Source: Candidatus Altiarchaeales archaeon IMC4 | Lineage (GTDB): Archaea; Altiarchaeota; Altiarchaeia; IMC4 | Reading direction: 5' to 3' | Assembly (NCBI GenBank): GCA_001742785.1 | Contig: MCBF01000001.1 | Location: 443,862-458,063 of the forward strand | DNA: 14,202 bases | Shown: in pieces, positions 7,788 to 14,202 of the stretch | Position numbering within the stretch: position 1 is the first letter of the stretch | Layout: each line of letters starts with the position of its first letter | Position numbers and translations under genes: made by a program | The notes under the pieces: generated by a model | Seen by the model: the letters and a program-made list of their open reading frames with translations, nothing else | Databases searched by the model: none | What the model was told of the DNA's origin: nothing

Positions 7788-9141
7788 TCCTATCGGTGCT
7801 TATATGTTTTTTTATTTCATTTAAAACGTCCTTCGGGGATTCGTAGTATGCCCTCACAATCGTGACAAAATCGTCACCTTTTGTTATGTCCTTCTCGACA
7901 AGGTACTTCAGGATTATCTCCCTCCTTGAAAGCTCTGCAAGCACGTCTTTGGGGGTAAGGCCGGTCGAATGTGAAATCTCATCGATTGTTATCGCCGGGA
8001 ACTTCGATATCTTTGTTTCCTTCGCCTTTGCGTCGTATTCGAATATCGTGCCAAGCTGTATGGTATCGTTGTGTATGTCCCCGACTTCTTCTATGTAGGT
8101 TACCTTCCTCTTGCTTGCCCCGCTTTCATAAAACCTTGTCAAAACCACGACCAAGTCTATCACGCCGAGCATCTTTATATCCACCTCCATCGGCGGGGAT
8201 TTCAGGCGCAGCATAACGTCCCTTGCGCTGTTGGCATGAATGGTGCCCATCCCGTTTATCCCGAGGTTCATGGCACCGACGAGATTGTACGCTTCCGAGC
8301 CGCGAACCTCCCCGACGATAACCCTGTCGGGCCTCAACCTCAAACTGTCCTCGACGAGCTTCTCCATGCTGGTGTCGGGGCTCGTTTTCAGGCGCACCCA
8401 GTCGCTGCAGTAATGGGCATCAAGCTCAAGCGTGTCTTCTATCGAGACCACCCTCTCCCTTTCCATGAAAAGCGGAAGAAGCGCATTTAACAGAGTGGTT
8501 TTCCCGCTGCTCGTGCTTCCGCATATTACTATATTTCTCGGTGCAAGCCCGAACCCGTCCACGCAGACCCACAAAAAAGAGGCGATCTGCAGCGTAAGTG
8601 TGTCGTTCTTTATCAGGTCGATTATCGTCGGCATGTCCTTCAGGTATTTGCGTATCGTTATGAATGATTTGCCGTATGCCACCGGCGGGAGGGTCAGGTT
8701 GACGCGGCACCCCTCGGGCATCACGCAGTCTATGATCGGCCCTCCGTCTTTTATGCCGCAGAATATCTTGATTTTGCCGATAAGCTTTTTCAGGTGGTTC
8801 TCGTTCTTTAATGTGATGTTGGTTTCGCATTTGCCCTTCTTGCGGTGATATATCAATACAGGGCTGTCGTACCCGTCAACCATTATCTCCTCGACGTCGT
8901 CGTCGTTGATAAGGGGGTCAAGCACCTCATAGCCGGATATATACTTTGCGTACCCCGGCAGAAGATCGGTTGGGACGCCCTCTTTTTCCAGAAATCCGCA
9001 AACCAGATCCTCCCTCTTTTTCGGGGTCAGTGCGGCGATGTCGTGCCCGTACTCCTGCAGAAATTTGATTTCCAGTTCAATGCACCTGTCGTCCGCCTCT
9101 TCTTCTGCAACCAGAACCTCGTATCTGCCGATCATCTTCAA
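7765..9141 (-). CDS. Type II/IV secretion-family ATPase (CpaF/TadA/VirB11/FlaI-like)
   Basis: DDDVEEIMVDG, ITIRKY, Walker A GSTSSGKTT, SIEDTLEL, LRLRPDRVIVGEVRGSEA (Walker B), GTIHANS. Start is TTG 9141 (overlaps the upstream stop) or ATG 9135. Confidence 0.92.
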   Translation of the reverse strand: MKMIGRYEVLVAEEEADDRCIELEIKFLQEYGHDIAALTPKKREDLVCGFLEKEGVPTDLLPGYAKYISGYEVLDPLINDDDVEEIMVDGYDSPVLIYHRKKGKCETNITLKNENHLKKLIGKIKIFCGIKDGGPIIDCVMPEGCRVNLTLPPVAYGKSFITIRKYLKDMPTIIDLIKNDTLTLQIASFLWVCVDGFGLAPRNIVICGSTSSGKTTLLNALLPLFMERERVVSIEDTLELDAHYCSDWVRLKTSPDTSMEKLVEDSLRLRPDRVIVGEVRGSEAYNLVGAMNLGINGMGTIHANSARDVMLRLKSPPMEVDIKMLGVIDLVVVLTRFYESGASKRKVTYIEEVGDIHNDTIQLGTIFEYDAKAKETKISKFPAITIDEISHSTGLTPKDVLAELSRREIILKYLVEKDITKGDDFVTIVRAYYESPKDVLNEIKKHISTDRIKSQWGQ

Positions 9142-10199
9142 AGAATATTACGATTTCCCCCCTTAAATTCGTTAACCGCCCGAGTCGTATTTTTCAACAG
9201 CAATGATGCCGCCTGCGCAGTCGGCCACGAGCCAAGCCCGCAGTCAGGCCCAACGTATTTTATAAGTTCCCCGAACATGCCGTGCGCTTTTTCCAGCCTT
9301 TTGCCGATTATTTCCGGGCCTTCCATGTCGTCAACCATCTGCCCAAGTTTCGCAGGTTCCCTCCAGACATCGATGCCGGTTTTCCCCAGAAAGTCCGAGG
9401 CAATCCCGAAGATGTTCGTCCTTGCCACCCCTATCCTCAGGAACTTGCCGTTTTCCTCAAGGCCCTCCTTGTCGACAATCCCCAGATTATTCGGCTCCTC
9501 GGCGGCCTCTATCCCTATGACGTTTACCCCGGCGACGCCATAGAACTTGTCCATGTCGTTTGGCGAGTGCAGGTGAACATGGACGTCGATTCCCTTTGCG
9601 GGCCCGACGGAGATTTCCCACGCCTTCGCAAGGTCGCCTTCGTCCGCCATTATGTTCGGGTTCAATCCCAAACTCGGCTCGTCGATGCTTAAGATGCTTG
9701 TCTTTATGTATTTTTCGTTCATGGCGGAATTTTCGACAAAGAACGAGACGCTTTTTGCGATGTTCGCCAGAAGGTCGCCCTCCACGCTGTTGCCTGCGGT
9801 TTTCAGATAAAGCTCGAGGGGCCCCGTAACGCAAGCGCGCAGCTCAAGGGGTTTGCCGGTTTCATCATAGCGCTTTTTTGCAAATTTTTTCAGGGATTCG
9901 ATTTCAGGGATGGCGGCCTTTTCCCTTTGCACCACCCACGGCTCATCGCTTTGGAAGTTCTCAATCAGCGAGAAGAAACCAGATATCATGTCAGCGAACT
10001 GGGGGAAATTCGGGACGTCGATGCCGGAGTCAAGCTTCATCTGCATGGCGCTTGAGACGGCGTTGTCGAACAGGGTTTTGTCCTCGGCACAGCAGGAGCC
10101 GGAGGCTATCGATAATGCGATTTCCTGCGCCCTTTTTCTTTCGATCCCCGGTGCCGGGAAACTGCCGATGTCGTCGGTTATCATTTTGCGTGCGTTCAT
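9138..10199 (-). CDS. metE: Core (single-barrel) MetE-like methionine synthase, archaeal type, probably MesC-like
   Basis: DDIGSFP N-terminus, CVTGPLELY, SIDEPSLG, HVHLH and GPDCGLGSW metal-ligand motifs. At about 350 aa it is half the length of full MetE. Confidence 0.85.
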   Translation of the reverse strand: MNARKMITDDIGSFPAPGIERKRAQEIALSIASGSCCAEDKTLFDNAVSSAMQMKLDSGIDVPNFPQFADMISGFFSLIENFQSDEPWVVQREKAAIPEIESLKKFAKKRYDETGKPLELRACVTGPLELYLKTAGNSVEGDLLANIAKSVSFFVENSAMNEKYIKTSILSIDEPSLGLNPNIMADEGDLAKAWEISVGPAKGIDVHVHLHSPNDMDKFYGVAGVNVIGIEAAEEPNNLGIVDKEGLEENGKFLRIGVARTNIFGIASDFLGKTGIDVWREPAKLGQMVDDMEGPEIIGKRLEKAHGMFGELIKYVGPDCGLGSWPTAQAASLLLKNTTRAVNEFKGGNRNIL

Positions 10200-10205
10200 C
10201 TTTAA

Positions 10206-10625
10206 TTATTTGCCGCAGTTTTCTTTTTTATTTTTTTCACCTTTTCAGGCATCGTCAGATAATTTTCCCCTGAAACAATCGTTCCGCCAATTTTCTCCTC
10301 GGCATCGCGCCTTGCTCGCCCCGCAACGTTCCCGCCTTCTTTTGCCGCCTTTGAGCATTCCTCAAGCCAACGGGCGTTTTTGGTTCTGGTGATCTCCGTT
10401 GTTACTGTCCGAAGATAGCAGTTTCAGTTGTCGACAATTTGTCGACAACTCAATTCCGCTGGATTCTAACTCCCTCTCCTTAAGGCGATACCAGTAATCC
10501 CTCGGCTTAATGCTGTCGGTCAAAACCTCTACAACATCAACCACCGAAAAGTACCACTGCCCGTCGTGCCAGACTCTTCTGATTTCCCTGCCCTGAAAAA
10601 CGGCCAATGCGTTGTCTTGGTTCAT
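10206..10625 (-). pseudogene. Bro-N domain (antirepressor-like) gene with an internal deletion and frameshift
   Basis: 10625 to about 10407 encodes MNQDNALAVFQGREIRRVWHDGQWYFSVVDVV...LKLLSSD. A different frame from about 10405 to 10206 encodes VTTEITRTKNARWLEECSKAAKEGGNVAGRARRDAEEKIGGTIVSGENYLT...*, homologous to the C-terminus of the intact paralog. Confidence 0.9.
10426..10450. repeat. Perfect 25-bp intragenic palindrome AGTTGTCGACAA-T-TTGTCGACAACT
   Basis: 12-bp arms with a 1-nt centre; encodes (E)LSTNCRQL. Confidence 0.95.
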
Positions 10626-10656
10626 TATCGGAAGCTCCAGATGTCGTCGGTTATCA

Positions 10657-11286
10657 TTATGCCTTTTGGTATTCAAAATATGAATAGACAAACGTAAAAA
10701 CCGCGACAAAAATCACCGGAACTACGACAAACAGCAGTGCGTGCTTTGGGAATAATAACACGGTAATTGCAATTACTGCGGCAACCCTGAACAGCTTACC
10801 GCCGAGTTTGTTGGTTCTGTCCCAGACCGCATCGCCGGTCAAAGTCCAAGGCGTCCTGATTCCTATAAACCAGTTCCTCTTGGAATTTTCGATAAGGACA
10901 CCGCAAAAGTAGAACAATGCCCCCAAGGCAGGCACCATTACCAGGGCCATGTCGAACCTCGCGCCTTTATTCCAGAAAATCGCCAGGAGATAAACGTAAA
11001 ATAAAAAAAGGATTATCAGTACAACGAATCTATCATAATAATTTCTGAACTTCTCGATATTCCCCTTGAGCGGGTCGATCCTTGGTATGAGGATGAAAAA
11101 GACGAACAGCCCGGCGCAAAGAAGCGGCATCAGGAACACCCCCCAGAACTTTGACATGTAACTGCTGCCCCCTCCTTGCGCGTTCCAGTGCGATGCCATC
11201 ACGTCCGGCATCTGCGGATAGAAATAAACGCCTGCCGAAAAAGACAGCAGCAATATCGCCAAAACAGTTATCTCGCCTTTTCTCAT
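10657..11286 (-). CDS. SdpI/YhfL family membrane protein with N-terminal DUF1648
   Basis: MPDVMASHWNAQG, IPRIDP, RNWFIGIRTPWTL..VWDRTNKLGGKLF; multiple TM helices. Followed by in-frame TAA TGA TAA. Confidence 0.9.
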   Translation of the reverse strand: MRKGEITVLAILLLSFSAGVYFYPQMPDVMASHWNAQGGGSSYMSKFWGVFLMPLLCAGLFVFFILIPRIDPLKGNIEKFRNYYDRFVVLIILFLFYVYLLAIFWNKGARFDMALVMVPALGALFYFCGVLIENSKRNWFIGIRTPWTLTGDAVWDRTNKLGGKLFRVAAVIAITVLLFPKHALLFVVVPVIFVAVFTFVYSYFEYQKA

Positions 11287-11308
11287 AATAAGATTATACC
11301 CGCAGGTT

Positions 11309-11315
11309 CTTAAAT
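11309..11315 (-). promoter_or_regulatory. TATA-like box (ATTTAAG) for the SdpI-family gene
   Basis: Lies 23-29 nt upstream of ATG 11286. The same heptamer precedes queE and the 319-aa gene. Confidence 0.45.
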
Positions 11316-12530
11316 TTATTCGTACCTCAGGGAATCAACCGGATTAAGTTTCTCCGCCTGCTTCGCCGGGAAGAACCCCGAGAAACAGCCGACCAAAAAT
11401 GAAAATGAAAGCGCCCCGATTATAAGGGCAGGGGTTATGTGGGCCTCAAGCAGGTCTATTCCAGATGCAACCGCCGCCAACTCAACCGCCTTGGAAAGGC
11501 CCGCACCGATCAAACACCCGATCGCCCCCCCGACCAGCCCGAATGTCCCGGATTCTATCATAAACAAGAGCGTTATGTCCTCGTTCTTCGCCCCGACGGC
11601 CTTCATCACCCCTATCTCGCGCGTCCTCTCAAGAACCGCGGTGTACATGGTGTTCATTATCCCGACCCCGCCGACGAAAAGCGAAATCCCGGCGATGGCA
11701 ACGAGGAACCACTTTGTCGCATCAAGCACGATGCCCGCGGAGTCCATGATCTGGTCCATCGTCATAACGGTGAAGTCCTCGTCGCCCTCGTCAAGCCCGT
11801 GGTCCTTTCGCAGGGTCTTCTTTATGTCGTCTGCCACTTCCGACGGCTCATAACCGGCATTTACCCTCGCCATGACCACGATGAAATCGTCCCCTATTCC
11901 GAAAATGTCCTTTGCGACATCAAGTGGGATGTAGATGCTGGAGTCGTCCTGCGGGTTCCCGATTTTGCTTACCGTCGCCGCGACGTCGAACTTCCTGTCG
12001 TTTATGTAGATCTTGTCGCCGACGCCGACCGGTTTTTTGAAAAAATCGCCGTTGCCGATTCCGTAACCGACAACCGCCTTGTACGTGTCGGTGGGCTTGA
12101 ACCACTTCTGGCCATTTTCTATCTTGATTCCGGTGCCTTCAAACAAGAGGTCATGGGTCATCTTGTCCTTGTCAAGCCCGCTGACCTGCGTGTACTTCAC
12201 CTGCCCGTCGTATTTGACCTTTGCTATCTTGCTTGTCATGCCTGCGGCAAGTTCAACCCCGCGTATCTTCCTTATCAGGTCGACATCTTGCTGAGAGAGT
12301 TTCGCGCTCCCGCCGCCCATTGACATCATACTGCCGCCGGGCATTACGTAAACGAGGTTTGTCCCCAGCAGTTCGAACTGCTCGTTTATCGCATTCTGCA
12401 TCCCGTCGCCGAGGGAGATCAAAGAAACGACCGCCGCTATTCCGATAAATATCCCGGTCATGGTCAGCAGGCTTCTTACCCCCTTATGCTTAATGTTCAC
12501 CAGCGCCAGTTTAAAGTAGTCCCCTATCAT
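11316..12530 (-). CDS. ABC transporter permease (MacB-like periplasmic core plus FtsX domain)
   Basis: RSLLTMTGIFIGIAAVVSL, ISLFVGGVGIMNTMYTAVLERTREIGVMKAVGA, C-terminal LNPVDSLRYE. Confidence 0.93.
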   Translation of the reverse strand: MIGDYFKLALVNIKHKGVRSLLTMTGIFIGIAAVVSLISLGDGMQNAINEQFELLGTNLVYVMPGGSMMSMGGGSAKLSQQDVDLIRKIRGVELAAGMTSKIAKVKYDGQVKYTQVSGLDKDKMTHDLLFEGTGIKIENGQKWFKPTDTYKAVVGYGIGNGDFFKKPVGVGDKIYINDRKFDVAATVSKIGNPQDDSSIYIPLDVAKDIFGIGDDFIVVMARVNAGYEPSEVADDIKKTLRKDHGLDEGDEDFTVMTMDQIMDSAGIVLDATKWFLVAIAGISLFVGGVGIMNTMYTAVLERTREIGVMKAVGAKNEDITLLFMIESGTFGLVGGAIGCLIGAGLSKAVELAAVASGIDLLEAHITPALIIGALSFSFLVGCFSGFFPAKQAEKLNPVDSLRYE

Positions 12531-12531
12531 T

Positions 12532-13368
12532 CTACGAATCTCCTTGATTTATCTGTTTTGCCCTTTTTCCTGTCAAATGAAGGTAATTCTCTTTTGAAGT
12601 AACGGACTTGCCTGTTTTCTGCTCAATTTCTTTCCGTGTATTTTTTGCAATCGTCCCTCCTTCAACAGCCGAATCCCTGCATTCCACAAGTCCTTTTGAA
12701 TCTTTTGAAACCGTGATGTCGGTTGTTGCTTTCTCGCCGATCATTGTCAGGATCAACTCCCAGTCATTCATATTATCTCTAAGATTCTGCTCGTCTCTTT
12801 TGAGGTTTTTGAATTCTTTATATTCTTTAACGGTCTTTCCAAAAGTCGCTTTCGTAATCTCGTTCGTGAGTATCGCAAATTCATTTGATCCCTTTATACC
12901 CCGGCATTTCCATTCATCAGTCAAATCCTGCCGGATTGCAATGCCCCTGAGCCGTTTATCTATCCAGTCCTTCGGATAACCTTTAAGCTCGTAATACGTT
13001 TTTACCCTATCCTGAGCAATTTCCGGGTTTTCGATTTCTTGTACCCTCTCATAGCCGACTCTTGCAAGCCAACGCTTGAAGGGTTCCGCTTTCTTTGAGG
13101 GAATTGACTGGATAATCCTGAACATACCCTCTGTGTTCGCACAATCGGTTGCGTATTTTTTACCGTCTGCAGACAGTAGTTTCAGTTGTAAACAAATTGT
13201 TAACAACTGAGATTCTCTATTTTTCAAAACCCCCCAGTACTGTCGTGGAGACGGGCTGTCTGTTAAAACCTCTACAACATCAACCACTGAAAAATACCAC
13301 TGCCCGTTGTACCACGTTCTCCTGATTTCCTTCCCTTGGAATACTACCAATGCTTTATCCGATTCCAT
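12532..13368 (-). CDS. Bro-N domain DNA-binding protein (phage antirepressor-like), 278 aa
   Basis: FQGKEIRRTW...WYFSVVDVVEVLTDS..PRQYW, LKLLSADGKKYATDC, RIIQSIPSKKAEPFKRWLARVGYERVQEIENPE, LRDNM. Start taken as ATG 13368, because the ORF-track extension overlaps the upstream permease. Confidence 0.9.
   Translation of the reverse strand: MESDKALVVFQGKEIRRTWYNGQWYFSVVDVVEVLTDSPSPRQYWGVLKNRESQLLTICLQLKLLSADGKKYATDCANTEGMFRIIQSIPSKKAEPFKRWLARVGYERVQEIENPEIAQDRVKTYYELKGYPKDWIDKRLRGIAIRQDLTDEWKCRGIKGSNEFAILTNEITKATFGKTVKEYKEFKNLKRDEQNLRDNMNDWELILTMIGEKATTDITVSKDSKGLVECRDSAVEGGTIAKNTRKEIEQKTGKSVTSKENYLHLTGKRAKQINQGDS
13182..13210. repeat. 29-bp intragenic palindrome TCAGTTGTAAACAA-A-TTGTTAACAACTGA (1 mismatch)
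   Basis: 14-bp arms, mismatch at 13190/13202. Encodes QLLTICLQL at the same position as the palindrome in the pseudogene. Confidence 0.93.
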
Positions 13369-13400
13369 TTTGAATTTTACATTTTGCACTTTGCATTTTT
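13366..13400. repeat. Five degenerate 7-mer tandem units (cattttg aatttta cattttg cactttg cattttt)
   Basis: Fills the whole spacer between the permease stop (13401) and the Bro-N start. One unit contains the ATG. Confidence 0.85.
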
Positions 13401-14202
13401 TTACCTGTACCTCAGCGCATCGACCGGGTTCATCTTCGCAGCCCTCCTTGCCGGAATGAACCCCGAAATGCAGCCCACCAAAAATGAAAATGACAATGCC
13501 CCCAAAACCAGCCACCATGAAACGTACGGCTTGAGCAGGTCGAAGTCAAAGAAGTTTACCAGTATGAACTCAAGGCCCTTGCTGAGCGAAAGCCCGATGG
13601 CTACGCCGATCGCGCCGCCCACAAGGCCCAAAAGCCCGGCTTCCACGAGGAATATCATGAGGATGTCATTATTTCTTGCTCCGACTGATTTCATGACACC
13701 TATCTGGCGGGTCCGCTCGAGAACCGATGTGTACATCGTGGTCGTTATCCCGACCCCGCCGACGACAAGCGATATTGCCGCTATCCCTATGAGTACGGCC
13801 TGCACCATGGACAAGATCGACTTGAAGGTTGCGATTGCGTTTGCCGCCGTTTCCACCGAAAAGTCTTCTTCACCCTCCTTTACGTGGCGGTGCTTTCTCA
13901 GTTTTTCCTTTATGTCCTCGGCAACATCCGACGGCTCGAAACCTTTTTTGGCCTTGACGCTTATCATCGAGAACTCATCCGGCTTATCGAAAATCTCGCG
14001 CCCGGTGTCCAGCGGGATCTTTATCTGCATGTCGTGCATCGGGTTTCCGCTTTTTTTATTGATGCCGACTATCGTGAACTCGGCACCTTCGAGAGTTATC
14101 CTGTCGCCGACGTTGAAATCACTGCCAAAGAAGTGTTTCCCGGCATCCGGGCCGGCTGTTGCGGCATACTTGTCGCCGGCTCTCAGATTGCGGCCCTTAT
14201 CT
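13401..14202 (-). CDS. ABC transporter permease (MacB/FtsX family), 5'-truncated by the window edge
   Basis: The frame stays open from the window end (DKGRNLRAGDKYAATAG...) into ISLVVGGVGITTTMYTSVLERTRQIGVMKSVGA...MNPVDALRYR. Paralog of 11316-12530. Confidence 0.92.
   Translation of the reverse strand, partial: DKGRNLRAGDKYAATAGPDAGKHFFGSDFNVGDRITLEGAEFTIVGINKKSGNPMHDMQIKIPLDTGREIFDKPDEFSMISVKAKKGFEPSDVAEDIKEKLRKHRHVKEGEEDFSVETAANAIATFKSILSMVQAVLIGIAAISLVVGGVGITTTMYTSVLERTRQIGVMKSVGARNNDILMIFLVEAGLLGLVGGAIGVAIGLSLSKGLEFILVNFFDFDLLKPYVSWWLVLGALSFSFLVGCISGFIPARRAAKMNPVDALRYR

Noticed and set aside
10362..10709. 115-aa ORF as an intact gene
   Set aside because: Its 5' part overlaps sdpI and its tail is out-of-frame read-through past the deletion junction.
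11439..12323. 294-aa plus-strand ORF and other long antisense ORFs (3796-4512, 8845-9543, 2970-3503, 953-1429)
   Set aside because: Antisense shadows of well-supported genes with no recognisable motifs.
13369..13518. 50-aa N-terminal extension of Bro-N
   Set aside because: Overlaps the permease gene in another frame and translates the heptamer repeat; the paralog starts at the equivalent of 13368.

Overview
Archaeal chromosomal window (class I CCA-adding enzyme, FlaI/CpaF-type ATPase, archaeal core methionine synthase, TATA-like boxes close to start codons). An anaerobic Wood-Ljungdahl-type host such as Altiarchaeota is plausible but is only an inference. The backbone, roughly 50% GC by eye, holds apgM-hisC, queE/cca (divergent), ATPase-methionine synthase, an SdpI-family gene and two MacB/FtsX-type ABC permeases. 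Four small accessory units interrupt it, and no integrase or transposase is present. (1) An AT-rich adenine deaminase plus membrane-protein pair bracketed by imperfect inverted CGCAGAG-type repeats. (2) An AT-rich 319-aa gene between two copies of the queE 3' end (35-bp perfect direct repeat). (3) A Bro-N pseudogene with an internal deletion and frameshift. (4) An intact Bro-N gene whose upstream spacer is entirely a 7-mer tandem repeat. The most striking signal is that both Bro-N copies carry, at the same codons, an intragenic DNA palindrome (TTGTnnACAA-n-TTGTnnACAA) whose variable positions change together in both arms.
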